This document shows, in pieces, positions 10,301 to 20,700 of a DNA stretch of 64,000 nucleotides. The first letter of the stretch is position 1. Every line of letters begins with the position of its first letter. Under the pieces are notes generated by a model. The model was not told where the DNA came from and ran no database searches. It saw only the letters and a program-made list of their open reading frames with translations. Position numbers and translations under genes: made by a program. The DNA is from Nitrospirota bacterium (GTDB lineage Bacteria; Nitrospirota; UBA9217), in contig CAWIYV010000011.1 in NCBI GenBank assembly GCA_963840455.1, positions 608,001-672,000 on the forward strand, written 5' to 3'.

Positions 10301-10590
10301 AGTGCCGATAGACCGGCATTGCCGTTAGCTCCATTGCAAACATATTGCGTACTGGTGACCTCCGAAGGGTCAAGGACGCCATTGGCATTGACATCGATTC
10401 CCGCGTCCACCGAGATGCCACCGTTCGGGCAGATGCTGACCGGCGCTGTATATCTGAGCGCTGTGACCACTGAATTCTTACCCGTGGGTGTGTTCGCGCT
10501 CCCTCCGCTTCCTCCGCCGCATCCTGCAAGCGCCAGGAGTGATATCAAACCCAATACTTGTAAATTGATTTTGGTAGTGTTTAGTAGCAT
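7378..10590 (-). CDS. Surface lipoprotein with Ig-like (Big_2) domains and about 13 Kelch repeats
   Basis: RBS plus ATG 10590; lipobox LAGC; two CxNGG..G.D..G..LD..E repeats; two Big_2-like domains; repeated ARxxHTATLLxNGKVLVxGG..AELYDP..W units. Confidence 0.88.
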   Translation of the reverse strand: MLLNTTKINLQVLGLISLLALAGCGGGSGGSANTPTGKNSVVTALRYTAPVSICPNGGISVDAGIDVNANGVLDPSEVTSTQYVCNGANGNAGLSALVSVTTESVGTNCSNGGVKISVGLDTSGDTVLDSTEVTSSNYICDRIPVPVTLTNIAVTPGSATIAKGMTGSLTATGIYSNGTTADITTAVMWTSIDPATASVGSATGVVSGIVVGTATITASMNSVTSPAVNITVTAAALNSIAITPASASIAKGTTTTFTATGSYSDGTFGDISGSVTWNSSNSLVATVNASGIATGLTLGTSSISASLSGRTSNTATLTVTAGIGGTLTGLAAGNSITLANNGADTITLFADGPFTFPAKLNNGAAYDLSIVSSPANQTCTQTYGASTVHNENVAALKVICGPLPRGGILNAASLAAARYSQTATLMLNGKVLVVGGLSGSALASVEIYDPATNTWTAAASLTTARSTHTATLLQNGKVLVAGGYGVGATFLASAELYDPASNTWSSAGSLSAARYLATGLRLPNGKVLVVGGTNGATAFANADLYDPDTNTWSSATGLITARYYHAATLLPSGKILVTGGYDGSSTLGTAELYDPATGNWTAAASLNSGRMYHAEKLLPNGKVMVMGGHTGGSGTASVELYDPSTNTWAYAASLITARYNMTATLLPNGKVLTTGGLNGPVSKDNVELYDPAANTWTAAQNLFTARHTHTGTLLPNGRVLLVGGYGPPVLASAELYDPDAGRWSATSSLADARYSHAASLLQNGKVLVTGGSNGVIALAIAELYDVSTGLWSTTGNLATPREYQSSTVMSNGKVLVAGGWSGIAAIDSVELYDPVAGTWSATGGLATARNGHTATLLPNGKILVAGGWDGAAALASAELYDPVTGIWTAAPSLANARLGHTATLLASGKVLIAAGRDTIGGHLGTAELYDPATNTWSPTGSLIAPTYDHTATLLPDGNVLVASGFGGSSAELYDPASGTWSATGSLASVRNQHTATLLPNGKVLVAGGNISGVGSVLAELYDPAEGTWSAAPSLATARAAHTATLLSNGKLLLVGGFSTSAPTTTAEIYW

Positions 10591-10712
10591 GACCTCCTGC
10601 CTCCTTAACATTTTAAAGTAGAGAGTGATTTCATTTGTGGAGAAGCCTATGCCAAATTAAACATATTGTCAATAAAAAAATTGGTCAATACTAAATATAT
10701 TTGTTTTCTTTG

Positions 10713-10970
10713 GAAAAAAAGAGCTAATTCCTGATTGGAGTTAGCTCTAGATCGTGCAAGTCTTTGGCCGATGGTGCACTCCAAGGACCAATAAAACACT
10801 GAAAATCAGTGCCTTAAATGGTGGAGGCGGCGGGAATTCTATCGTTCGTCCAACCCATCGATATTCGGCGAGTATTTTTTCGAGAAATTGCGACATACCC
10901 CAAATAGATACCCCTGAAATGCTGGATGCTGTAAGTCTGCATTGGATGATATAAGACAGCATTGGACAAT
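10713..10970 (-). repeat. att junction J1: tmRNA-3'-end core 10819-10838 with conserved arms
   Basis: Hairpin 10720-10748 with T-tract on -, IHF-like AATCAGTGCCTTA 10804-10816, core TGGTGGAGGCGGCGGGAATT, arm CATACCCCAAATAGATACCCC. Confidence 0.88.
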
Positions 10971-11029
10971 GTAGTCATACTATGCATTTTGCACTACAGG
11001 TTTTAAGGGGCAGGTCAAGCTTCAGTCGT

Positions 11030-12937
11030 TCACTGCGGCGTGATATCGCTCTGCTTGATGCCTGCATCTGACTTGGCTTGATCCATCAGTGCGGCGCAGT
11101 TGCTGTCCGTTTTATCGCCAAAATCGAGCAGGGGTATCAGCCCGGCCACGCCCACGGTCGCTGCGGCCAGACCCACCGCGAAGCCGCCGCGCACTGCCAC
11201 CTTGTTCGTGTCAGGTTTAGCCTTCGGCTTTATGAGCGTGCCAGTGACAAGGATCGGGCCTCGCAGCGATACCAGGCTGAACCCCTTCGACTGCGATACC
11301 AGTCTCAGGTGCAGCGATTCATCGGCAAAGTTCACGTTGCCATCGCCGGTAATATTTACCTTGGGCGTATCCAGCACCAGGTCCTGGACTTTGAAATCCC
11401 CTTCGACGGCCTTGAAGTTCGCCACCATGCATCGTATCGGGACGTTTTTGTCGCCGCGCAGCAGCACCAGGAACGAGTTGGCGATGTCGACGTTGGCTTT
11501 TCTGAGCAGCAGCTCGCTTATGGTGCCGCCGTCTATGATCAGCGCCGCCTCGCCGTTCGCCGATCCCATCATTTGCGAAATCGAGTCTCCCTTGGCGTCG
11601 AGCTTTGCGCGCCCGCCAATGACTCCCGGGTTGGAGGCAGTCGGTTTCGAGGTCGGGAGCAATTGGTCGAGGTGCAGTCCTTTCGCCGTGATGTCGGCAT
11701 GGGTGATGATGTGTGGCCCGCGCCCGTCCATCGTGATCTCCGTGACCAGCTTGCCGCCGGCGGTTTCGAAGTTCAGCGGCGCAAGTTTGAGCGTGCCGTC
11801 CTTTATGATGAGATGTGCATCCATCTTTTCGATCGGCAGCCTCGTGGTAATGATCTTATCGCCCTTGAAAAGGACATCGGCATCGGCAGCGCGGATCTTT
11901 TCGAGGCTGAAGGGCATGGTCGGCAGCACCTTGTTGCGCGGTCCGCTGACGAGGTCTGCGCCTATGAAGCCGCTCAAGTCGTTCATTTCCAGGCGGCGTG
12001 ATTCCAGGTCGGCGGTGATCAGTTGGGGGATCTTGCTGCGGTCCACCGACAGATCTCCGGTCAAATCACTCTTTCCCACTAACCCCTCAAAGCGCTTGAA
12101 TGTCCAGATGTTGCCGGTATGGGTCAGGTACCCTGTCAGCCTGTAGGGAGGCGTCGGCGGAAAAGGCACACCGATGATCGGATACAGCTGGGCAAGATCG
12201 ATACCTTCGAGAATGATATTTACCTTTTCGTTTTTCAAGTGCAGGGGGTCGAGCAGCGTTCCGTTGATGCTGGCCCTGGTCCTACCCAGCATCAAAATCG
12301 CCTTGATCGGGTAGGGCCGGTCGGCGCGGCGCAGCGCAAGCAGCGCTCCGCCGCTCATATAGAGCTTGGCGTCCATTCCCCTGAACCTGCCTTTTCCCTT
12401 CACTTCGACCATGGTATCCGGCCCGCCCTCGGCAACGGCTAAGGTATTTATCACGAATGACAGGTTCGTATTGTTCGTTGGATTGCGATACGTGAGGGTT
12501 CCATTATCGATGGAAAGCGAACCTATGTGGGGGAATTGCCATTGCTTGCCTGCCTTGTTGAAAACCCAGTTCGGCGTGCTGTCCTTGTTTACTTCGAGCG
12601 CCAGATAAAAATCGGACAAGGATATTTCAGGAATTGACAAACGGCCAATGAGGAGCTTCGGTATGCTGATAGTGAGATCAACGCGCTTGATCTTCGCCAT
12701 GGGCGGATTGTTACCCCATTCTGCGTTGCCCATCACGATGTCGTTGGCGATGATGCGCGGCCACAGCGAAAGATGCACATCCAGATCACCCTTGATCTCA
12801 AAGCTTCTGCCCGTCGAACGTGTCACCTGGCGCGCTACATACGGACGAGCCAGATTCCAGTCGAATGCACTTACGGCCACGACCAGCAGCAACAGGCCTG
12901 CGCCTACTCCGACAAGCCACTTTCTCCTTCGGGTCAT
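11030..12937 (-). CDS. AsmA-family (YhjG-like) protein
   Basis: RBS plus ATG 12937; N-terminal TM, FDWN..RP..GR.FEI.GDL.V, PPTPPY.L.G.L, G.VG.SDL.G and IRC.VA.F motifs. Confidence 0.85.
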   Translation of the reverse strand: MTRRRKWLVGVGAGLLLLVVAVSAFDWNLARPYVARQVTRSTGRSFEIKGDLDVHLSLWPRIIANDIVMGNAEWGNNPPMAKIKRVDLTISIPKLLIGRLSIPEISLSDFYLALEVNKDSTPNWVFNKAGKQWQFPHIGSLSIDNGTLTYRNPTNNTNLSFVINTLAVAEGGPDTMVEVKGKGRFRGMDAKLYMSGGALLALRRADRPYPIKAILMLGRTRASINGTLLDPLHLKNEKVNIILEGIDLAQLYPIIGVPFPPTPPYRLTGYLTHTGNIWTFKRFEGLVGKSDLTGDLSVDRSKIPQLITADLESRRLEMNDLSGFIGADLVSGPRNKVLPTMPFSLEKIRAADADVLFKGDKIITTRLPIEKMDAHLIIKDGTLKLAPLNFETAGGKLVTEITMDGRGPHIITHADITAKGLHLDQLLPTSKPTASNPGVIGGRAKLDAKGDSISQMMGSANGEAALIIDGGTISELLLRKANVDIANSFLVLLRGDKNVPIRCMVANFKAVEGDFKVQDLVLDTPKVNITGDGNVNFADESLHLRLVSQSKGFSLVSLRGPILVTGTLIKPKAKPDTNKVAVRGGFAVGLAAATVGVAGLIPLLDFGDKTDSNCAALMDQAKSDAGIKQSDITPQ

Positions 12938-13237
12938 GATCGTTCTAGCTCCTTGTATCTTGTGTTTCCGGGCAGACAGGTAGCACGACCAGGTTTCAGA
13001 TTGTCGTCTTACCAAGCAAGAGGCTCTGTGTGTTTATAATTATAACACGTGGTGTCAGGAAAAAGAAAAGCCCCTCGCTGTCATTTCGAGCGCAGCGAAA
13101 AATCCCGCAATGGGGACAATATCCCGATTACATGATGCTGTGTGTAACCTGGATTTTATGATGTAGTTTCTGAACAGCAGCTTCTTTCTGCAGCTCACGA
13201 CAGTTTCATTTTATTGAAATTGCTAGCTCTATATCTA

Positions 13238-13539
13238 TTGTCCAATCGCCTAAATTACAATACCCCGAAAAATACCCCAACTTGTGAGCGCTAGAAAACA
13301 AAAAAAGAGCTAATTCCTTTAAGGAGTTAGCTCTGGTTCCAGCCTGTGTTCAGTGGAGACTTTCGAAAAAATCAAAATATCACTGAATATCAAATAGATA
13401 TGGTGGAGGCGGCGGGAATTCTAAAGTTTGTCCAACCTTCGATATTCCACGATATTTATTTCTAGAAATTACGACATGCCCCAAAGAGATACCCCTTTAA
13501 TGCTCGATGTCACGAGACATTGTCGGACTAATTCGGTCT
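13238..13539 (-). repeat. att junction J2: core 13401-13420 with conserved arms
   Basis: TACCCC pair near 13261-13278, hairpin 13306-13334, IHF-like TATCAAATAGATA 13388-13400, exact core, right arm ending GGACTAATTCGG. Confidence 0.9.
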
Positions 13540-13570
13540 GGAACCCGACTTCAGTCTCCGGTCTCAGGCA

Positions 13571-14953
13571 CTAGCCTCCGGGCAGGAAATCGATCGGGTA
13601 CAGAATGGTCGTCTTGGGTACATTCTCCTTTGGCCCAAAGTTGAACTTCTTGACGCGCTCAACAACCTGGGCCACCAGCTCCGGAGAGGCCAGATCGGAG
13701 GACTGCATCGTGCATGCAGAGACTTCGCCGCCCGGTTCAATGGTGATCCGAAGCAGGATCTTACCGCGCAGGGTCGGGTTTTTTCTGAGTTCGGTATTAT
13801 ACATCCGGTAGAGCGATGCCTTGTACTTATCGAAGACGATCTGGATCTCTTCGTCCGTCCTTGCCGGTCCGGGCCCGGAACTGAGAGGTCTTGAACCATC
13901 ACCCAGGCCCGCCATACTGCTTTCTACCCGCGTAAACCCTACCCCGCCAATGCGATTGCCGTTGCCGTTACCGATGTTGCGGCTGACTCCTGAATTGCTG
14001 ATGCCGCCGCTGCCGCCTGTGCCACTCGCTCCGGGTATTGCGACAAGCGACCGGCTGGCACGGGCCTGACCTGCTGCGGCAGACTGGTTATTGATTTTGG
14101 CTTCAGCGCCGAGCTTTGCAGCGGGAGTTTCCTCGATCAGGTCCTTAAAGGAGTCCCGGAAAGCAAGTACCCCCGTGGTCTCCGCCCGTTTACGCGCTAC
14201 CTGCTTTTCAGCCGGGGCGGGTTGCTCTTCCTTCGGCTTTTCAGACGCTTTTTCCCGGGTCTTGTCGGCCTTCTTCTCTTCTTTGGTACGATCAGGCACC
14301 TGCTCAGGAATGGGCGGTTCCTTCCTGAGCATCGAGACAAGGCGCTCCGGGACAACGGCCACTACCGGGCGTGTGAGCGGAGGAAGCTTCCACAGGCCAA
14401 TGACCGTGCCAAAAACAATATAGAACAGGAAGGCGAAAAGAAGCAACCGGCGAAAACGTTTTTCGCTCTCGGATTCTTTCCTCCATGGCATTGTCATTGA
14501 ACGATTGGGGGCTTCCACAAATTCACGTTCTATGATGTACTCTTCCTCGCGGCGCTCTTCACGGGCGTACGCATCGCGTACTTCTTCCGAGAGAATGTCA
14601 AGTTCGTTGAGGCACTGTCTTATCTGCCCCTCGAGAACCGTCCGTTTTTCCAGAATGCCTTTAATATCGCCGTCAAAAAGGGCGATCCGGTTCTTGATCC
14701 GTTCAAGGTGCTTGGCGCTTGGGGTATTTGCGATCCCGTCCCAAAAGAGTTCGCCTGCATTAAGCTCCCCCAGTTTGCCGAGCGCGTTTAGAACGTCCCG
14801 CAACGCATCGAACCGCTGCATGTCGTCCGAGAACGCCTCGATCTCCTTCTCTACAGATCGAAGTTCGCTTTGCAGTGCATCGTGCTGTCGCTGGATCTGC
14901 TCGATATTGGTGCTCAGATGAGCCAATTCTTCTGATAAAATGGATGTGTTCAC
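13571..14953 (-). CDS. TonB-like AgmX/PglI (GltG-like) C-terminal domain protein
   Basis: N-terminal coiled coil, single TM, Pro/Lys/Gly-rich linker, C-terminal RTDEEIQIVFD..KA.LYR.YN.ELRKNPTL.G; probable GTG start 14953 with RBS. Confidence 0.8.
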   Translation of the reverse strand: MNTSILSEELAHLSTNIEQIQRQHDALQSELRSVEKEIEAFSDDMQRFDALRDVLNALGKLGELNAGELFWDGIANTPSAKHLERIKNRIALFDGDIKGILEKRTVLEGQIRQCLNELDILSEEVRDAYAREERREEEYIIEREFVEAPNRSMTMPWRKESESEKRFRRLLLFAFLFYIVFGTVIGLWKLPPLTRPVVAVVPERLVSMLRKEPPIPEQVPDRTKEEKKADKTREKASEKPKEEQPAPAEKQVARKRAETTGVLAFRDSFKDLIEETPAAKLGAEAKINNQSAAAGQARASRSLVAIPGASGTGGSGGISNSGVSRNIGNGNGNRIGGVGFTRVESSMAGLGDGSRPLSSGPGPARTDEEIQIVFDKYKASLYRMYNTELRKNPTLRGKILLRITIEPGGEVSACTMQSSDLASPELVAQVVERVKKFNFGPKENVPKTTILYPIDFLPGG

Positions 14954-14966
14954 GATAACTCCGCTA

Positions 14967-15461
14967 TTACTCCGCCTTCTGGACGACAGCGAGTGATATC
15001 CTTCCATATCCAGAGGCCGTGCACGTTGACATTATTTTTTTAAGCACCTTAAACGGGATCGTTTTGTCGGCGAGGAGAGTGATTTCCTTGCTTTCAGCGA
15101 CCACGTTGGTGCCCATACCGACCATATCGCTTTCAAGCTGCTTCAGCCGATCTCGTATTTCACGAACTAATCCGATGCTGTCATCCAAAAGGCTCGGGGT
15201 GTTGACCACGGGTTCGTTCTGGATCATGACTGTTTCCGGGCTTACCACGATCGCGATCGTTTCCCTCGGTCTGGCCTCTACCGTGGACACGGGCAGTGCG
15301 ATCTGCGCATCCGGCAGAGTGCTGTTGAATGAGTGGAAAAGCAGGAAAAACACCAGAACGCAAAGGACATCCATCATCGGGATCAGGTTTATACCAAGAC
15401 CTTTGATCGCGCCTTTCTTGTTGTTCCGCTCCATCCGCCTCATGCGTCTGCTGTGTATCAT
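14967..15461 (-). CDS. ExbD/TolR-family protein
   Basis: INLIPMMDVLCVLVFFLL; ADKTIPFKVLKKIM. Confidence 0.9.
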   Translation of the reverse strand: MIHSRRMRRMERNNKKGAIKGLGINLIPMMDVLCVLVFFLLFHSFNSTLPDAQIALPVSTVEARPRETIAIVVSPETVMIQNEPVVNTPSLLDDSIGLVREIRDRLKQLESDMVGMGTNVVAESKEITLLADKTIPFKVLKKIMSTCTASGYGRISLAVVQKAE

Positions 15462-15973
15462 GGCGCATCTCCTATGGCTATCTTTGAAAAGAGGGCGATC
15501 TTCTTCACTTCATCGCTTCCTTCCGACCGGACATCTGCGCTCCGCACCGCATCCATGACCTCGATAAGATGGTCGTACTTGATATCCGGCTCCATCAAAA
15601 CCGTCGCGTCGTCCTTTTCCGGATACTGGTTCTTGATACGCGCGAGGACCTTTGACAGAAGCTCAAGGTCATAGCTATCGCCTTTTTTGGGGATCGAGGC
15701 TTCCACTGATGAGCCATTGGCGACCTGCAGCCCTGCCCTGCGGACTATCACCTCGATGGCGAAATTGGGCTTGCTGGCCAAAGCCCCGCCGCCTGCGGTC
15801 GGAACGGAGAGTTCCTGGACCGTAATGCTCATAAAGACGGCGGTGATGAGCAGGAAAACCACGAGAACGGTAAGGATATCCATCATTGGCGTCAAATTAA
15901 GGAGGTGCATGATATCCGTATCGAAATCAGATGGTTCTTCTCCTCCCCTTCTTTTATGAAATCGCTTGATCAT
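15458..15973 (-). CDS. ExbD/TolR-family protein (second copy)
   Basis: LNLTPMMDILTVLVVFLL; EPDIKYDHLIEVMD; ATG 15973 with RBS. Confidence 0.9.
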   Translation of the reverse strand: MIKRFHKRRGGEEPSDFDTDIMHLLNLTPMMDILTVLVVFLLITAVFMSITVQELSVPTAGGGALASKPNFAIEVIVRRAGLQVANGSSVEASIPKKGDSYDLELLSKVLARIKNQYPEKDDATVLMEPDIKYDHLIEVMDAVRSADVRSEGSDEVKKIALFSKIAIGDAP

Positions 15974-16649
15974 GATTGGCTCCTGTAAGTTGCGTACCAG
16001 GCAGGACCGGAGGTCTGTCGGCCTGTCTCTTCGCAAAGTTGGAAATGGTATTTAACGCCTTTACCGACGCCATTTCCAGACTGTTCACGATCTTGCCCGT
16101 ATTTGTCGTCAGGCGGGCATGGAACAAAAGAAGCGGGATCGCCGCCATCAAACCAAATGCAGTGCAGTTCATGGCCTCTGAAATGCTGGCCGCGAGCAGG
16201 GCGGCCTTCGAAGCGGGGCTCGCGGTCGCTACTGCGGCGAAGGCGCTGATAAGGCCCATAATGGTGCCCAGTAGTCCAAACAGGGTAGCGATATTCGAGA
16301 GCAGCGCCAGATACGGAGTGCGCTTTTCCAATTGAGGGACTATTTCCATGAGGCTCTCTTCCATGGCGATCTCGATGTCTTCCCGACGTTTCACCGCTCC
16401 CTGGCGGGCCAGTCCCATCCCCATCATTTGAGCCATGCTGGATTTGCCCTTGTTGGCCATGTCCCGGGCCTGGTCGAACTCACCCTTTTCGAGTACCGGA
16501 TGCAACTGGTCCCACGCCTTGTCGTTCTCTGTCTGGACCCGGCTCAAGTGAGTCCATCGTTCGATCGCGATGGCCAGGCCGACCAACAACACGAGCAAAA
16601 TAGGGAACATGAAGAACCCACCACTCTGAAAAAACCGTACGATAAACAT
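15954..16649 (-). CDS. MotA/TolQ/ExbB proton-channel protein
   Basis: NIATLFGLLGTIMGLI..ISEAMNCTAFGL. Confidence 0.93.
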   Translation of the reverse strand: MFIVRFFQSGGFFMFPILLVLLVGLAIAIERWTHLSRVQTENDKAWDQLHPVLEKGEFDQARDMANKGKSSMAQMMGMGLARQGAVKRREDIEIAMEESLMEIVPQLEKRTPYLALLSNIATLFGLLGTIMGLISAFAAVATASPASKAALLAASISEAMNCTAFGLMAAIPLLLFHARLTTNTGKIVNSLEMASVKALNTISNFAKRQADRPPVLPGTQLTGANHDQAIS

Positions 16650-16687
16650 TTTGCTTCCTCCTTGTTTTCGCTAACGCGATAATGTTG

Positions 16688-17017
16688 CTATTTCTTGCTG
16701 CTGACCTCGTAAAAATCCAGCTGCCGCTTGAACACGTCACGATCAACCGGCGTTGCGCTTTCATCCAGCTTCATTCCCATGCTTGTCGCCGCGCCTATTT
16801 CCGAGCTCTTCCACGGCACGATATACAGGGACTTCGGGGCTTCATCGTTACCGACGATGGATATGCCTGAAAGCTCCTTTGCGTCAGATGCCTTCGCATC
16901 CTGCTTGGACTCTGTCGTCTTTGGCGCATTTTGGGCCGCCGGTCTCTTTTCAGAAGCCATGGCCATGCCACTCATCGTAAGAAGCAGTCCGACAATAAGC
17001 AATCCTTTCAGATGCAT
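16688..17017 (-). CDS. Small exported protein (GltF-like)
   Basis: Signal peptide; SGISIVGNDEAPKSLYIVPWK motif; position within the cluster. Confidence 0.6.
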   Translation of the reverse strand: MHLKGLLIVGLLLTMSGMAMASEKRPAAQNAPKTTESKQDAKASDAKELSGISIVGNDEAPKSLYIVPWKSSEIGAATSMGMKLDESATPVDRDVFKRQLDFYEVSSKK

Positions 17018-17036
17018 GTTCCCTCCTTTCTTTAAA

Positions 17037-17729
17037 CTAATGTCCGGCCCTCATACGAAGTTCGGCTATCCAGGTATTGACCTGTGGGTCAGAGGGCATT
17101 CCCTCGCTGTAGACCTCAAACTGTTTGAGCGCACATACCGGATCGTTGAGATAAAGATCACAAAGTATCCCGAGATTCTTATGGACAGGCAGATACTCCG
17201 GGAAGCGTGCGATCTCCTTCTCATAAACCTCTCGCGCCTCCTTGAATCGTCCAGCCTTCCTGAGAAGCAACCCATATTCATTGCTGGCTACCGGGTGAGC
17301 GTCAAATAATCCCAAAGCGGTTTTTAGGTTCTGCTCGGCCTGCTCAGGTTTGTTCATCCGCATATAGGCAACCGCAATGTTAATATATGGCGCAGTGACG
17401 CCCGGTTGCCGCTCGATAACTTTTGTCAGAAGTTCTATGGCCTTGTCATTTTTCCCGTCCTTCATCAGTGAAACGGCGCGCTCGAATTCCCCCTTGGATT
17501 CGCTGTCCATTTTAGGGTTTTCCCTGATGACGAACCCCTGCTGGCCATTCTCAAGCTGTGCCACGGATGGCCCCTGGTCTATAACGGCTGCGTTAGGGGT
17601 CGGAGTCTCTGATATCTTTGCCTTGGCCGCGCATCCTGTAAATACAAAGACTAGGGTCATCATGGATAACCAAACGGCCATCCTTTTAGGTCCTGACAGC
17701 AATATCAATTCTCTATTATTGCCCTGCAT
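17037..17729 (-). CDS. TPR lipoprotein (GltE/AglT-like)
   Basis: Lipobox FTGC; TPR repeats; NLGILCDLYL. Confidence 0.8.
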   Translation of the reverse strand: MQGNNRELILLSGPKRMAVWLSMMTLVFVFTGCAAKAKISETPTPNAAVIDQGPSVAQLENGQQGFVIRENPKMDSESKGEFERAVSLMKDGKNDKAIELLTKVIERQPGVTAPYINIAVAYMRMNKPEQAEQNLKTALGLFDAHPVASNEYGLLLRKAGRFKEAREVYEKEIARFPEYLPVHKNLGILCDLYLNDPVCALKQFEVYSEGMPSDPQVNTWIAELRMRAGH

Positions 17730-17759
17730 GGCACAGATCCTTTCCTGGTCACAGGACCA

Positions 17760-20700
17760 TTATTCTGACGCTGTCTCAGATGGGGAACTCTTGACGCCGA
17801 TCTCGCCCGATGTCTTAACCAGATTATGAGGCTTCACATTCTGTCCCGGGTCCGCCTTCTTTCCCTCTTGCTGAACATCAGCCGGATCCATATCAGGTTC
17901 CTGTTTCACAGCCTTCACCGGTTCCTTTGGCACTTCTACTTTTTCGTCCTTCATTGGACTATCAGCCTTCTGCACGGCTGGTTCATGACGCTCTATGGCG
18001 TACAGGTAATGGTCCGCTGAACCTATGACGGGGCTATCCTCTTCCGGTTTATTGTATCGGGCGGGAAGAAGCGCTGCCAGTTTATGCAGGCTCTTATCGA
18101 CCCACTCGTTATATACCCCGCGGGAGACGAGCTCGAGATTGCTCTTATGCATGGAAATGGCCTTCTCCTCGAAGGGATATGCCTGTTCCTCAAGGGCAAG
18201 TTCGTACTCTTCAAGCTCGAGTGCGGTCAAGTCTTTAGGACGTTCCGACTCCTTCAGGCCCAGGCTAAAGTCGGAATAGATCTCGGCAAGATAGAAGGTC
18301 GCAGCGGCAGTGACCTCGCCGACCTCATAATCGAGGAGTTTGCTGAACTGCTGGGTCACAACCTTCATCAAGCTCTTTTTCTTGTCAAGGTTCGCCTTGA
18401 ATGGCTCAACCAGCTTGATCCCGGTAAACTGGCCGAAGGTCTCCTCGGCCAGGACCAGGGCGCCTTTCCCTGCAAGATAGCGGGTACGAGGAGTCCGTTC
18501 CGCCCCCGCTCCGGCATCGATGACGATGATCTGTTTTATCTCGGCTAAATAGTTCTCCCGGTCGTTCTTCTTTAAGGATTCTGCTATCTTGTTTCGGGTT
18601 TCGAGGTTTGCTTCCACCGGATGCGGGAAATGTTCAACATAGCGCCGATAGACAAGAAGTGATTTGGCCTGGTCTCCCGCCTTCTCATGAAGTTCTGCCG
18701 CGGTCAAAAGCGCTTCCCGCCTCACCTCGTCATCTTGCGACTCCGTTTCCATGCGTTCATATTCTCCGGCTGCAAGCGTAAATTTACCGTCCTCGCGGTA
18801 AACATAGGCGATCTTCTTGGTCACCTCAGGCAGGAGCGCATGTCCGGGGAACAGGGTCCGGAATCCGGCGAGTGCCGCGGCCGCTGCCTGCCAGTCCTTA
18901 AGCTGGATAAGTGCTGCTGACGCATCATACTCCGCATTGACCCTGATCTTGGACACAGGGGCAAGGCGTCCCACCCGCAGGAAATGCTCGGAAGCTGCCT
19001 TGTAGTCTGCCTTTGCATTCGCGTCTTCGCCCTGCTTGTAGATCGCCGCAGCAAGGTTGTCGGTCAAGGCTTCACGGCCTTTGTCTCCATCAGGGAAGAG
19101 CGTGAGTGCCTTTGCGTAGGCGGTTTCCGCTTCATTGTACCGATGGAGCTCGTAGGTCCCGTGGCCTGCCACGATCCACGCTCCGCGAACGACATCAGTA
19201 CCGGCACCGGGGAATCTATCTATGAGCTTCCGCGCGGCGGCCACTGACTGCTCGTAATCCTTCATATTGTAAAGGTCATCTGCGGCTGCCCCAAGAACGA
19301 TTGCCGTCTTTTCATGCTCCGGATAGGTGTCGGCAAACTTGAGAGAGCTCGCTACGACCACTCGCTTTACGCTATCCTTCTCCTCGGGAGGAACACTGTC
19401 CATATGTTTACGATAGGCGTAAACTGCGGCGTAACCGGCTTCTTTGGACTTTTCATGGCGCGGGTATTCATAGGCTGTCCTTGCGTATTCAATAGCCGCA
19501 AGGTCAAAGTTTTGATTTTCCAGGTACAGGTCGGCGAGCAGGTAATTCATGCCCGGAGACTCGGTATCCTTCGGGAAGGACGTGAGGAATTCCTGGTACC
19601 AGTTACGCGCTTCCTCGAAGTTTGCCTTTTTCTCCTTTACCTCTTTCGGGTCCTGGTAAAGCGAGTGATAATGCTTGGACAGGTCGGTAATATTCGTTTT
19701 GAGCCATGCCAGGACCTCTGGACGGGCACTTGGCTCGAAATGCTTCCAGTATTCGGACTTAAGCCCGTAATTATGAGCAAACTGCTTTTTCGCGTCAATG
19801 ACCAGGCTGGGAAACGCCCCGGCAGTATCTATCTCGATCACGCGCATGGCGAATTGCGGCGCTACCTTGTGGACCGGGTTGCTGTTAACGAAAGCATTGT
19901 AGACCGTCGCAGCATCGGCGTAACGCTGTTTATCGAAGTAGAATTCTCCAAGGTTGCTGTAGATCCCATCCTCGTAACTGCGCTTGCCGTGGCTTTCAAA
20001 GTACGCGGCCGGTGACGTGTCTCCATGCAGGCTGGAAAAACACAGGCTGATGGCGCGGAAGGTGTCATCGATGCGCTTTTTCTCCTGCTCATCCTTGGTC
20101 TGGTAAAAATCGTAGCCCACCGACACCTTGTGATCGAGAAGCGTAATGTACCTGTCCAGGGCTTCATCGTAAAGTTCCTGCTTATAGAATGTCCAGCCGA
20201 GCTTGTAGAGGGCCAGCTGGTAAAAGGGTGACTGCACGCCCATCTTGACGATACTTCCGTAAGCATCTTCGGCATCAAGGTAATGCCTGCGGGTGTATAG
20301 ATATTCGGCACGCCTGAACTGCACCTCATCAATGTAGCGGGACTTGGGGTATTCCTTAACCAGACGGTCCATGACCTTCATGGCCGGGTCAACCTGACCC
20401 AGTTCCTCGTACGCGCGGGACATCTGATAGAGCACCTGGTCGTTCCTGTCATATGAGGGGTAATCCTTGATAAGCTTTTCGTAAAGCGCGATCGCCTCGC
20501 GGGCGCTTGCCCGCTCAAGATCCTCAGAATTTGCGGCACCGGTAAGGGTTGCCGAGCTCAAGACTGCACGTTTTTCAAAATCCGCATCGGACTCTGGCGG
20601 TGCCGGGGCCTCCGCCGATGTATGGCCCGGCGATTTCGCGATAGCCGGCGAGACTTTCGTGACTACGGAATGTTTCGGGGCAGACATTGCCGATGCCTTT

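Noticed and set aside
10747-10962. Short ORFs over junction J1
   Set aside because: They span the non-coding att repeat and are not conserved in the other copies.
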